Positions 21,077-34,512 of a stretch of DNA of 64,000 nt are shown here, piece after piece. This stretch comes from Guillardia theta CCMP2712. Taxonomy: Eukaryota > Protista > Cryptophyta. The notes beneath the pieces are model-generated. The model saw nothing but the letters and a program-made list of their open reading frames with translations. It did not search any database and had not been told where the DNA came from. The stretch's first letter is position 1. Each line of letters begins with the position of its first letter. The stretch covers positions 969,570-1,033,569 of the forward strand of contig NW_005434668.1 of NCBI RefSeq assembly GCF_000315625.1, written 5' to 3'. The position numbers and the translations under genes are program-made.

Positions 21077-22780
21077 ATGCTGCTGCCCCGCTCTCTCGCC
21101 GCCCTCCTCCTTGCCGCTCTCTCACTTCAGCCCGTCCAGACCTTCAGCAGCGTCACATGCGGAGGATGTACCTTGTACGTGTCAGACACCGGCATCCTGA
21201 CCAGGCAAGGCAGCTGCCAGGTAGACTGCAATGACCTCCTGGACTTGAGCAATAGGCGGATAAGAAACATCACCGCAGGGACGTTCGAGGGGCTCACAGG
21301 CCTGCAGTACCTGAACCTATACAGCAACGAGCTCTCACGTCTTGAGGTTGGCGTGTTCGACGGGCTGACAAGCTTGCTGTCGCTGGAGCTCGGCAGGAAC
21401 AACTTGAGGGAGGTCTCAGCAGGAGCTTTCCGAAGCTTGTCGAGCTTGCAAGGGCTGAGCCTATGGGACAATGAGATATCCGATCTCCCTGCAACTGTGT
21501 TCAGCAAGCTCACCAGCCTGCAAACCATCGACATGAGCAACAACTACCTCACGAGCCTCTCAGCAGGAGAGCTCAGCGGGCTCACGAGCTTGCGAGGGAT
21601 ATCTCTCATGTACAACCAGCTCACCAGCATCCCGAAGAGGTTGTCAAACCTGACGAGCCTGCAGTGGATGTATCTCACAGGGAACCAGCTGGCTAGCCTG
21701 CCTGCTGGACTCACAGACTTCCCGACAAACTTGGGAATCCTCTACCTCGAGATGAACCTGCTGGGTGAGGTGCCGGAGGGAGCGTTCGATAGGCTCGTGA
21801 GCCTCACAGAGCTGTCCCTGCACATGAACGAGCTCTCGAGCCTCCCTCCAGGTCTCTTCGACAGGCTCACAAGCTTGAATTGGCTCAGCCTCTCCAACAA
21901 TCACCTCTACTCACTTCCAGCTGGGATCTTCGACTCCCTTACCAACTTGTGGATTCTCTATCTCGACCATAACCAGCTCACTTGTGTTCCCTCCTCGGCT
22001 TTCCAGCCTCTGACGGCTCTCATTATTCTTGACATCTCCAGCAACAACTTCACTTGCATCGACCCCTCCTGGCCTTCATTTGCTCTCAAGGACCCGGGAC
22101 TCTCTCAGTGTACGCAGGAGACTCTCTGCACTATCTCCAGCTCGTACCCAGCTGAGCTCTTCACGACCCCTCTGCCTGTCGAAGCCGTCAACGTTTCTCT
22201 AGAGCGCTGCTCGCTCAACGTCTCCTGGCAGCACATCATCAACAACCTCTACTCCCCCGAAGACTTCGACTCGCCCCCCAGGTTCTCTTTCCTCACAGGT
22301 CAGCCTCTCCTCTGCCTGCTGTCTCGCCCTTCTTGGCCTGACCGGCGGCCCCAGGCGGCCTCGGCAAAAGGCTGGTGGACGACGTAGAGGAGGTCTGGGT
22401 GTGCCAGTACGGGCACGCTTGTGCTGAGGAGCTTGGAGGGGCAAAGACGACGGGGAAGGTACAGGAGGGGCTGACGGGGAGGGAGGGAGAGAAGGAGAGA
22501 GAGAGGGAGAGAGAGAGGGAGAGGGAGAGGGAGAGAGCATGAGTGATATTATACCGCAGATGGAGGCATACTGCTTCATCTACAACGAGGTCAGGTGAGA
22601 ACTGGAGGGGAGGAGGAACAGCGAGCGCTTACAAACGTGCGGGGGGCGCAGGGAGAAGTTCCGGGAATGGGGTTTGATGTCCGAGCTCGACCTGATGTGA
22701 AGATGAGTTGTCGTCAGTCAAGGCAGGGAGGGACAAGGCAGGGAGACTGGAGAAGGAGAGGAGGAGCAGGAGGAGCCTGA
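21077..22780 (+). CDS. secreted or surface leucine-rich-repeat protein (about a dozen 23-24-aa typical LRRs)
   Basis: Signal peptide MLLPRSLAALLLAALSLQPVQT, Cys-rich N-cap, and repeats of LxxLxLxxNxLxxLPxGxFDxLxx. C-terminal small exons (to ~22780) are tentative. Confidence 0.9.
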
Positions 22781-23129
22781 CAGCCAGGAGTCGGATGATG
22801 GAAGAAGGGATCCAGGAGGAGACGATCGGCACGCGCCGTGAGCAAGAAAGACAAGCAGGATGTCTTGCTGTGTGTTGTAGACGAGGAAAGAAACTGAAGA
22901 GGTATTGATATCGAAGAGGGGGGAGAAGATAGGGAGGTTGAGAGATGTTGTTGTGAAATAGGAATAAATCGATGATGTATTTGACAAGGAGAAAGAGGAG
23001 GGCGACGAGAAAAGTTTTTACTGGAAGAAGATGGGAGGAGGGCTTGAGTGAAGGCGAGAGGAGCGGGAAAGAGAAAAGAGGAGGAGAGTGAAGAACAAGA
23101 AAGGAGGAAGTTTTCTTCTCCGACTTTCA

Positions 23130-24174
23130 TGACCAAGAGAACCCAACAAGAAGTTTGTACTTGCTGATTAAACTCTCAACAGCTTGAGCCTTTGAGTCCT
23201 GCAGAGTGTAAGAGGAAGGAGAAGCGAGTCTTTGAACAATGAAGAAGAGATGTAGATATGCAAGGAGATGAAGGTGATGCACGAAACTTACTGTTGAGCT
23301 TGTCCGTTCAGAGATGGCAGTCCTGATGTTGAGGACTTGACCAGAAGTGACCTAGTGCGGAGAAGAGAAGAAGAAACAAAAGAAAGAAGAGAGATGAGTT
23401 GATTAAAGATAGAAAGATGAGATGAAGAGAGAGAAAATTGAGCAGAAAAGAGCAAAATCAAATGAGAGGAAGAGAGGAATTTAACAAGAGAAGGTGAAGG
23501 GGAAATGAGAGAGGAAGCGGAACATATGACCACTGATAGATCATGACAGAGCTATTACATGTTTAGGTTCCTCGAAGGTATGAAGAGCTTGAAAGTATCC
23601 ATTCTCACTGGTCAAAATCTTTTCAGGCAGGAAGACCTCTCTATCATCCTGAATGATTGTCAGTGTGCAACAGACAAACAACCAACAAGACAGACGTCTG
23701 TCAGACAGATCTTTGCTGAGAAGACAACTCCATGGCAAACCCCTTGGCTTGCAAGGGTCAAGCTTTCGTCCTTCTCAAACTTAGCAAGTGCAAGTCACTA
23801 CCCACACGACAACCTCGCAACCTCACAGGCTCGCAACTTGAACTGGAGCTGAACGACGTCACGACTTGAGGAGGAGACAGAAATTTCATGCTCCCTTCCC
23901 ATGGCAGACTATCCGCGATCGCCAGATCTGACATGTCCGACCTCCTCCCCTTGCCCCCCTTCCTCGGGTTGAACTCGTTGAACTTGTGCAGCTTCACTCC
24001 CTCCGCCTCCTCCAGCTCCGCCTGCTTCCTCCTCCACATCTCCTCACACTCGAACGCCCGAGCTGTGACCGAGAAAGAGCACGGGAGGATGGAACAAGAG
24101 CCTTGCAGGAGCCCCTGCGGTAGAGGACGATTAGAGAGAAGCCAAGAGGGGAGCAGGAGAAGGAGCGGAGGGGG

Positions 24175-24221
<47 letters not shown>

Positions 24222-26800
24222 AAAGACAAGAAGGAGAGGGGAATGTCAGAGAAAGGGAAATGTTGTAAAGGAGTGGAGGCACGAGATGAAAGCTCAGCAA
24301 AGGCTGCGAGAAGAAAATTGGGATGAGCACGGGGAAACTCAAGAATTGAGGCAACGGAGGAGGGGAAGGCTGATAGATCAAAGGAGGGCAGCAGGGAAGG
24401 TAAAACAGCAGATGCAAAGGATGCCAACATTATCTCGCAGCGCCGTGATCTCCTGCCAGAAACGGAGAAACTCGTCCACAGCCCACGTTCCTCCTGCTCC
24501 TCCCACAGCCAGCGCGTGATAGGAGGGTTCAGCTAAGACGACGTCGAATCTCCCTCCTTGCAGCTCCCGTGAGGCGGCGCTGCAGACAGCCTGGAAGGAA
24601 ATGAGGGATGCAGGAGGAGGTTGAGGAGTGAAGGGGAAAGGGGAGTGGAGGAGGAGGAAACGAGTGAGTGACCAGAAGTAAGCGAGCACGAGCACGATCA
24701 GCAGTATCAGCAGCAACAGTGTCCTTCCTCTACCTTACCTCCGTCATGCTGCCATCGAAGGTTTGTCCTTTCTCTACCACAGCTACAACCTTGATCGCTC
24801 CTTCTTGATTTCTCCCCTTCACTGCCATGTTTGCAAGCTCGCATGCGTCCAGGGAGCTCTGCAGGCTGACCACAGAGATGCGCATGCGCCGCTGAGATTC
24901 AGTTTCAGATGTTGAAGTGAGCAGCAGGGTATGTATGCAAGACAACAAACAGGGACGGCAAGTTAGTCTACCTCTGATTCCTCCTGTCGAAGGTCGGTGA
25001 TGGCCTTTGCTGCGGATCGATCAAACAGAATCAAGTTGATCTCTCAACCCACCAGCAGCGATGGGCAGGAGTGGGCCATCGCCAAGGAGGAGGACTTGAA
25101 CAACAAGTCAGATCCGGAGGACTCGGTGCGACTGGACCTTTCAACGTGTCTTGGCTGGGATCACCCTTGTCGAGAGATTTGTTGATCAGATCGCAAACAA
25201 CTGAGATGTAAGAGTTCTCGCGCTCTTGACAACTCAGTTGCAAGATGTGGCATCGTCTCAGAAAGGGATACTGCACGCAATCTTTCGAAGGTGCCTCGAA
25301 CGGTAAAAATTCTCCCTACACACATCATGCCGTGAAAAAAACAGAACTACACGAACACAACAAGAAAACACCTCAAGATCTTTCGTTGCATCATCGTAAC
25401 TCTTACGGACCATGAACCTCGGATAACACTCTTTGTGCCCACAAACAACTTGCAACAGGTCACCCTTGACAACTTCAACTGCGGCAGGCAGAACACATGC
25501 GGCCTGCGGGGGAAAGTCACTGCAGAGTCTCCACCTCATCAACTCCTCGTCTCACTTGTCTCCAATGCTCTCGCTCAGGAGGAGGATATCCGTCTACATT
25601 CAGACACAAGTCAAGGGCTAGAGTACCTCTTGCGCTCAGCAGCTACCTCGCTCGTCTTCGAATCCTCCTCTCCCGTACCCCTCCGGTTCCGTTGACAACT
25701 GAACCGCCCCCGTCCCCTCCATGTCCAGCGTCCACCAGATCAGGATGGCGTCGACGGTTCCATCTTCCATGACCTTCAACGGCCTGACTTCAGTCGGATC
25801 TCAGAGAGAGTCTTGAGTTTACACCTCAACAGAAACGGAACGCTGGTCTTGGAGCTTGGGGTGTGCGAAGTCAAAGATCTTTGAGTGCAAGTGAGGAGGC
25901 TAGGATAGTGACAGCATCGTAGACTACCTGGCCGATGAAAGGTCTTGACAACTGCCTTGCAAGTTTTCTTGCCAGCATCATGTTTGCGTGCACTTGGATG
26001 GGTTCTTCAAAAGTCCACTTCCTAGCTGCCAGTGCAACAAAGGAGTCGGAGCAGGGGTTAGGTGAAGAGAGGAGGGGCCGAGGAGGAGCGAGCGATGTGA
26101 AGAGGAAGAGGACAGAAGCAAGAGCAAGAGGACAATCTATCAGAATCCATTCGCAACCCTCGCATATTTCACCTGCTTCCCTCGCATGTTCAACAGAGGC
26201 TCTCTTCACTTCCTCCACCGATCCCAGCAAGTCCTGACCCCGGAGAGTCTCGTGTCGGCGGATCCAGTCCGACTCGATGAGGACGCAGTGCATCCTGCCC
26301 CCTGCAGGAATAACTCTTCCTCCCTCCGCGAGCAAGCCTCTTTTCACAGCATCGTGCATCGTAGGCACCATACCCTCTCCGAGCATGAAGCTATCGAAGA
26401 TCTCAGTCACAATCACGTTGGCTCCGAAGGGAACGTCCAGCCCATAGCCAACCTTCACTTCAGTGCTGTGTTTTCCTATCACCGTCACCTTCTCCTCATA
26501 GCGATTGTCCTCGATCACAAGCCGCGCTGCTTTCTCCAGTTTGGGGTCTCCCTCAATCGCAAATACATGCTGCGCCCCAGCACCGGCCGCCATCATCGCA
26601 AGGAGTCCGCTGCCGGTGCCGATGTCAACGACCAGATCGTCTTCTTCTACTGTCTGCTCGATCCCCCTCCGGTAGGCCTCATTCCTCCTTCGGTCTTGAA
26701 GCATGTCGAAGTGATAGGTCGGCGCAAATCCTTCTCCTACCTGCCAACTCTGCACGCCGAGCCTCTTCATGGAATCGTCGTACCCTCCTATCACCACCAT
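23130..26800 (-). CDS. PRMT7: protein arginine N-methyltransferase, PRMT7-like (tandem methyltransferase modules), multi-exon
   Basis: YHFDMLQDRRRNEAY, VVDIGTGSGLLAMMA, VIGKHSTEV and VIVTEIFDSFMLGEG motifs; a later degenerate second module (FDVVLAEPSY). 3' end approximate. Confidence 0.8.
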
Positions 26801-27287
26801 CTTCCTGTCGTTCTGTAACTTTCGTCTTCTTCCTCTTCCTCGTGCTCTTCCTCTCTCGCTTCTCGCTATCGTTCGCACCTCCTCTCCTTCGCTCGCTCCG
26901 CAATCTTCACGTGCGCACCATCTTCACTTCGAGACAGGAGCGACCACCCGTCCCACTTACTGGACCAAATAAGGTAGGGGTAGGGGCATTCTCATCGCCC
27001 TCATACAAAGTTGTCGACTCTGCACTGAAGTAGTACTCTCCTTGGAAGTCAGGCTAGGTGGTCGTGTTCTTGTTCTCCCCTGTAGCAAGACGAGAATAAA
27101 CCGTCACGATTTAGTGGCTTTGTTGAGCGCAGAGAGCGTGAGTATACCTAAGTACGCTGTGAGTACAGAAGACTCAGAGCATCCCGGGGGGCGGCTGGGT
27201 GGGCCAGTGGGTGGGCCCGTAACTGCGGGCAAGTAACAAAAATCTCCCTGGTACAAAAATTGTTTGATTGGCAGTTACAGCGTCAAA

Positions 27288-28951
27288 ATGGCAGAGGGGT
27301 CTCCTGCCATGTACATCCTTCAAGGAAGGGGAGGGGGAGGGGGAGACGGGCATGTTGGTCATATGGGCGCTGGTAGGAGGGGATGGTCGGGGATCTCACT
27401 GGAGAGGATGAACGAAGACCTGGACGATGGGAGCCGAGGAGGGAAGAGGAGGGAGGAGGAGTGGAGAGTAGAAGAGGATAGGCGGGAGGGCAACTATCGG
27501 CAAAGGGGATGGAGGGATCCGTCGCCACCTTCGAGGTGGAGAAGCAGGGGGGATGATGAAGAATACACACGAGGAAGAGGAGAGGAGAGGGAGGAGGTAG
27601 AGGTGAATCGACTGGCCGAGAGGATCGAGAGGATGGAATGGCGGCACAAGGGGGAAATGCAGAGGGAGAAGTCAACCAACGAGGCCCTTGCTTCCTTCGC
27701 CTCCTCCCTCACCAGGAAGATGGCAGAGCTGCAGACAAACCTGAAGCTTGCCGAGCACAAGTCATCCACCCTCCTCTCGGAGTTGGAGGGGCAGAAAAGC
27801 GCCAACTCGAAGCTGAACCAAGAGGCGCATGAGCTGCGAGAGATACTGGAGAAGAAGAACAAGTACATAGACAAGCTGGACTGTGAGATCGAAGACGCTC
27901 GAGGAGAGGCGAGGAGGCTAGCGGAAGTGGTCAACACATTGCAAGCAGAAAACACTACGCTGAAGAAAAAGATCGGCTCGTCATTGCGAGATTACAAGAC
28001 AAGGACTGAGGAGCTGGTGAAGGCAAACCTAGAGCTTGAAAGCATGACAGAGGCCTGCGAGTGCTCATGGACGGAAGTGAAGGTCTTGAGAAGGAAACTT
28101 GAGAACCTAGTGGTTCTGTCTAGGAAGGGTGAGGTGAAAGATTTGTCTTCTCTTTCGGACGTCGAATTGTGCGAAATGATAATGGTGGAGATGAGGTCCT
28201 CGCAAGACCGGGAGAGGCAACTCGAAGGCCTCCTCGAACATTCCCGCACGCTCAAGGATGTTCTGCAGCATGAGCTCAACATGGCCAAGGAATCCCTGGC
28301 GGAGTTCCAAGGCGAACTCCGAGTACAGAGCGAGATCGGGCAAGAGAAGCTTGAGAACGAGGTGCGAACTCAGAGTCTGATCAGAGACCTGTCAAGCAAG
28401 CTCAAGGAAGCACGTGAAGAATTGCTCAAGGAAAGATCGGAGAAAGAGGACGTTTTGCGCAAGCACCATGTGAGGCTTCGTCGTCTCCCGAGATATGCGG
28501 GCTGCCCTAATCTGATGTGTCATTTTGCAGGTGCTTTTGAGTGAGCTCTCATACGCAGAGACGGACTTCGCTCGATCTCTCTCTCCACGGCCTTACGATA
28601 TTTTTTCACAGTGTGTGAAGCATCCAGTAGATGACAAGTCGAAGACGTGGCAGCCAGCGAGTCCCAACTCTGATTGTTGCAACAAGGTGTTTGGCGATGG
28701 CCTTTCATTCCTATGATTTGCCCTGACAACGAACGCAGCATGTAGAGTTGAACTCGGGATGGCGGGTTCAACCTTCGGAGAATCTATCCAGCAAAGATGT
28801 TCAAGGCTGGGCCTTTCAGAAACAAGAGGTTGCAAGGGAAAGGGAGAAGTCGCCTACTACAGCCAACGAGAAATTCACCATGTGGCAGAAGAATGATTTA
28901 GGACGTCAGCTGAGAGACATACGAATGCGGCTGACGTCAGCACAAATATGA
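27288..28951 (+). CDS. hypothetical coiled-coil protein
   Basis: 426-codon ORF rich in E/K/L heptads, followed by probable short 3' exons. Confidence 0.7.
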
Positions 28952-29067
28952 TGTGGTGGGATCGTATGATGTTGTTATCGGTAGAGTACACGTGCTTCGT
29001 TTTGTGATCACATGTTAAAGACTCTCTTCTCCTATTGGCATACCATCACTTGTATCACTTTTGCTTC

Positions 29068-30840
29068 TTAAAGAATCCACCCAGCGCCCAGTTGTTGATC
29101 GTCTTTCTCTGCAGCGCATCCATGACAGGCGTGGCTGCGCAAAGCCCTGAGGCGAACGATGGAGTCAGAATCCAATCGAGTTCCGGCGGCCAATAACAGA
29201 CCGTCAAGATCGATGTGACGCTGTATATGCTCCATCGTTGCCTCGAGCCTCTGGAAACAGCATAAAGATTCGAAGACATGCTCTCAGTCACCATACAGCC
29301 GTATCATCTTTGTCGTGTTTCTGCGTGAACTGATTCATCGCCTTTAGGATGTCGAACGTTCTCCCTTGCCCGAGCCCTTCACATCACGTCAGCCCCTCCC
29401 TCAACCAAGATCGTCATGCCCAGACCTGCATGCCCCTTCTCTACCCACAGAGTCGGAACTTTGCACTCGTCCAGCTCCCTCAGCTGATGGGACTTGGGTG
29501 GATCAGCTCCGACCAGCACTAAACCCCCTCGCAGATCCTAGGGACTCAAACATGAGGGAGGGAGGGAGGGGGCAAACGAGAAGGAGGAGACGCACCCTCG
29601 ACCCCTTTGACGATATGAACATGTTCTTGTGGTTTTTGATGATGGACTCGATAACATCGCTCCTTGACGCATGCGTCACTATCAGCTGTGACTCCACGGG
29701 GTCATGGATCGTCTCGTCCGTTTCAGACAAAACCACTCTTGTCGACTGACCAACGTCCACGTCACCAAGATCATCGGGTCAAGCTCGTGCGACTTCACAG
29801 TACCTCGAATGTTCGATGCTTGCTCTCTTCCCCGGCAACCAAGTTGCTGTTCAACAGCTGAGCGAAACCGATCATGGATGGTTTCGAGATGGCTTCGTAG
29901 TACGGGATGCATCCCAGAAGCGGCTGAGCAAGAAGCAACAAAGATGAGCGCCAGCATCTCACATCTCTTGATCTCAACATACCGTGTCCCACAAGCTGGA
30001 CAGAACTCGCCCATAGTAATCTTTCACCATGTCGAATTTCTCAGGCTCTACCTGCGGCAGGGCGTGAGAGGGGAGACAACAGAAGACTAAGAGACACAAG
30101 ACAGGATGCAACGAGCACGAACCTTGTTCACGATCACTCCTCGGAGCCTCGCGCCATGCTTCTCTAGGAGCGACTTGTTCAAGGCAAGTTGATCGAAGCT
30201 CGAGCCGAGACCGCCCGGAGCTATGATCACCACATCCAGCCCCAAGGCTCCAGCCACTTGCGCGTTGTTGAGGTTAACGATGGACCCGACGCCCATGTGT
30301 CCTGATCCCTCGACGAGCGTGAAGTCTGAAGAGGTGGCCAAGGACGTGAACGCGTCCTTGATCTTGTGGAGAAGCTCTGCCGTGTGGATCTCCCCGTCTA
30401 TCACCTTTCTTGTGAAGCCTGAAGGAAAGACAACAGGCGACATGTGCTCCCATGACAGGTTCAGCTTGAAGTAATTTCTCAGCACTTCGACATCAGGATC
30501 CACCTTCACAACCCGACCATCATCCAAGCTGATGTTCTTGAACCGCTGCCCCAAAGGCTTGCAGTAGGCAACACGACCCTTGCCATACCGCTTTTCAAGG
30601 CCCTTGAAGACGCCAAGACTCAGAGTGGTCTTGCCGACGTGCATCCCCGTTGCTGCAAGCATGACCGTGTGCGTATGGATCCCAAAGAGATCCTGGATGA
30701 CTGCCCTGGTGCTGCCACCTTTCCAGGACATGCTTTCGAAGTATGGATCGACTCTCAGGTACAATGCTGAGCAGAATCAAACAAGGAGCGATCAACTGTG
30801 TTGTGAACGACAATGCATCATGTTTCTCTTCTTCTGCATG
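29068..30840 (-). CDS. BioD-like/AAA_26 + DRTGG protein (stand-alone phosphate acetyltransferase N-terminal region)
   Basis: VMLAATGMHVGKTT P-loop, YCKPLGQ, LVEGSGHMGVGSIVNLNNAQVA, GGLGSSFDQLALN, GVIVNKV, LIVTHASRSDVI and C-terminal HIDLDGLL. Start uncertain. Confidence 0.8.
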
Positions 30841-31651
30841 TCAGTGCTATCTTCTCACATGAACTTCACGCTGCGCATTCTTGAGCTCTTCACCCCTCAT
30901 TTCGCCATCATGGCGCATGTCTGCCAGTGTGGCCAGTGTCTGGGGAAAGTTGGGGGGGGCAGAGCGGGGAGGTGGGAGTTACAAGAGGGTGGGGTAATAC
31001 AAATAGGGTGGTAGGGGTCAGGCTAGGGGTATTGAAAGCAGGAGGGTGGTAAATGGGGAAGATGGGGTAGAAGCATGATAGGGTGGGGTACTGTGTAGAA
31101 GATTCATGGGGTAGGGTCATTTGTTCTTTACAAAGCCAACACACTGGAAAAGGTGGGGTGGTAAAGAGGGAATGGTGGGGTCATTTGGAGGCTATGGGGG
31201 TGAGGGTAGTGTGATCTGATGGGTTTGTCCTGTAAATATTTTGGTGGGTAGGGGTGAAAAAGTACGGGTACATTTACGATGAGAACTTGGGACTTGAGTG
31301 GGTACACAAGTACATGAGATGGGTGATGGAGAATCACAGGGGTGGGGTGCCGACTCCTGGCCGGCTCGGCATGATTTCACTAGCTGTCAAGGCCTGGCAT
31401 CGCACGCAGAACTACCTGGCTCGGCACGCAACTTGGCAAGTTCCGAGGTTCGACTCGGACTCCCGGAGTCCGTGCAACTTCCGTTCGACCGCCGGCGGTT
31501 TCAACGGTCCGGGCATCTCGTGGCGACCGTACAGGCAAAAAAATCACAGTCCGCCGGCCACGGACGCGCTGAAGCGGCCCGGCCGGTCGCCGATGATCCT
31601 CCAGCCTCCGACCGGATCGATTCAGAGTCGATGCAGTCGGGCAGCAAAAGG

Positions 31652-31656
31652 AAAAA
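31652..31656 (-). terminator. RNA polymerase III T-run terminator
   Basis: TTTTT on the minus strand begins 7 nt downstream of the tRNA 3' end. Confidence 0.7.
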
Positions 31657-31662
31657 GTTAAC

Positions 31663-31736
31663 CGCTCCCGGCAGGGCTCGAACCTGCGACCTAACGGTTA
31701 ACAGCCGTTCGCTCTGACCGACTGAGCTACGGAAGC
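31663..31736 (-). tRNA. trnN-GTT: tRNA-Asn (anticodon GTT)
   Basis: GCTTCCG/CGGGAGC acceptor stem, TAGCTCAGTCGG A-box, AACGG-CT-GTT-AA-CCGTT anticodon arm, GGTTCGAGCC B-box; no encoded CCA. Confidence 0.97.
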
Positions 31737-32289
31737 ATATCTTACTGCGCGGTACTAGGTGATTAGTAGATACTCGTTCGATGGTACCAGTAATGGAGAA
31801 TGGTAGTGGCAGTACATGTGGAATAGTACTGTATATACAAGACATGTGTACCTTATTCCGCGTTGTTTATAACATATCCGTCAGAATCAGTCAAATTATT
31901 ATAAAGCTGCATAGTTGCTCAGTACATATTATTTAGTTATATATGAAATATTTTTAAGCTCCCGCCTGATCCTGCCCTCGCAGCCATGCCCACAATCTGT
32001 TTCCTCCCCGCCTTGCATGCAAAAGAGCATTTCCCTCCCCCCTGATGAATTCTTCTCGTTCACCTGCTCTCTTACCTCCCTACCCCACTTCCCATGAATC
32101 ATCTTGTCGCCTTCCTTGGTTTTGTCTTCTTTCCTTCCTTTCACCGCTGCTTCAGTTTTCTCAATCCATCCATCTCTCCTTCATGTGCATATTTCTAGAT
32201 ACCCTTACAGATTCTAGTTGAACCAGCATTTCGTTGTCTGCATCCGTTTCTTGACCATCGCTTGCCGAGAGCAATCGTTCTGACATACC

Positions 32290-33799
32290 ATGTCACAGGC
32301 GAACAGGGCAATGCTGGATTATGTAGTGTGCAGTATAGCCGGAACTGGGGTTCCCGGATATTACGAGGGCAACAGGATGACGTGCAAGATGAATTGTCCA
32401 TCGGGGATCGCCATGGGACAGGGTGACTGTATCTATGTGTCGGACCGTCAGAATCACTGCATACGACGACTGCCAGGAATCGAGGAGCAGACTGCCCCAG
32501 GGAAGGAGGATGATGTATCGACGTTCGCTGGTGTTCCCAGGAAATCTGGCATGGAAGATGGCCACAACCGGCGGGCGCTTTTCAATGAACCTGGAGGGAT
32601 ATGTTGCTTGAAGGTGGGTTCATTTCCTGTCGCCTGCTTTCATAGGCTGGCATCTGGTTTGCTTACTCGTTTGCAGAGTGGGAAAATTCTAGTTGTGGAC
32701 CGGGAGAATCATTGCATTCGTGCCATCACTGACAACCATGTGATCCATGCGTATGGCTCTAGGAGCTCTGAATCAGGATGGATGGACGCTGCTACCAGCA
32801 AAGCTCTTTTCAATCGCCCCTTTGGAATCGCTGCATCTAGCACGTAAACTTGCATGAAATTGATTGTTGGACTTTTGACAATCTGGTCTCGAAACAGCGG
32901 CGAGTTGTTCGTGGCTGACACTGGAAATCATTCTGTCCGGAAAATCGATCTCAGCGGAAATGTATCGACGTTGCTGAGTCGAAGAGACTCGAGAATCAAA
33001 GACCAGCCTCTGATCTCTCCGGTAACTCCCTGCTCCTGCTCCCATGGTCCCTTATCTAGAATGCCTCCGTTCTATGTTCGTAGGTTGGAATCTGTGTGGA
33101 TGAGCAGAATTGTGTTTATGTGAGCGAATGGGGTGGGCATCGGATTCGGCGGGTTCAACCCGATGGAAGCAGCGTAAGTTTCCACTGCCTGCTGAACTTC
33201 CAACCGACTCAACTGTGGAATTCGTTTTTCAGGTCATTTGGGTTGGCACATCTCAGAAGGGCAAGCTTGACGGAAAGGGGATCAATGGAAGTCTTTTCCA
33301 TCCAGCAGGTCAATCTAACGTGAAATGCGATCTCCATCTCATGTGCATTGCACGACAGGAATGTCGGTAGATACCAAGGGGATTGTGTATGTGGCAGACT
33401 TTGGCAATCACTGTGTCAGGTGATCTTGGGTTGTCAATACTAGGAGAGAGAGTCACGATGTCAGGCGGATCAACACTACCGGAGAGATGATCACTCTTGG
33501 AGTCGCTGGAAATGTGTTGGTGGATGATGACTACGGAAGATACGTGAGATTCGTCCTGTCGTTTTGGAGCTTCAATACTCATACCGAAGAGTAGGTCTCC
33601 TCGTCTCTGGGATGCCAAGACGGATCTGGGCCGACCGCTTCTTTCAACTCTCCCCAGGTGAAGTTTGATTCTGAGTCTTTTACCGTGAGGAACCGTGCGC
33701 ATGTTGACTCTTGATCAGGATGTTGCGGTCGATTCATGTGGGGATGTCTTTGTTGCTGATTGGGGTAGTCATTGTATAAGGAAGATTGAATTTCGTTAA
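32290..33799 (+). CDS. NHL-repeat beta-propeller protein, multi-exon
   Basis: Repeated motifs IYVSDRQNHCIR, ILVVDRENHCIR, LFVADTGNHSVRKI, VYVSEWGGHRIR, VYVADFGNHCV and VFVADWGSHCIRKI. Confidence 0.88.
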
Positions 33800-34512
33800 A
33801 TCCCTCCGAGGCTCCGAGTCACCGGGTACTGCCCGGCCCGGCCGGGGGGGGCCGCCCGGCAGCCCCCGCCCGGCCCGGCCGGGGGCCTGCCGCTGCCGGC
33901 GGCGGGCCCCGTCATGCAACGGTTACATACCCATAAGATTCAATAACGGTGAATGGGCGTCAATGCATGGGGAGGGGGTCATACTGTAGGATGCGAGAGG
34001 AGGAGAGAGGGGGAGAGAGAGAAAGACTGAAGGAAGAAGAAGATGATGATGAAGATGAAGGTGGGGGAGGATGGAAGGAGGAGAAGAATGGTGATAGGAT
34101 GAGGTTGAGGTGGGGAGAGGTGGAAAATGGGCAATGCAAGGACTTACCGGTGAGGAGAGGAAATATCGATCGAATGCTAGATGGGTTGAATGAGTGGAGA
34201 GAGAAAGATAGCATAAACAAGAAGAAGGAAAGATGACATTAGTGAGGCCAACTGCACGGGGTATTGAAGGAAGAATAAAAGGATGTCTTGAAGTTGGGTT
34301 GTGGTGGGTGCGACGGGATAGGGCCGCAATCAGCCTAGATGGGATAGGTTTTGAGTAGGTGCAGACGGCTAGAGACGAGTCTTAAGCAAGATCATTCGTC
34401 GTGTGTGGGAGCAATGAACAATTGCGATGGCTTGCGGACGCTGTTGACAGCATACCCAGGTGTGGGATCCCTTGTGCCAATCGCTACTTGATCTGGATCT
34501 GCCTTGTTCAAG

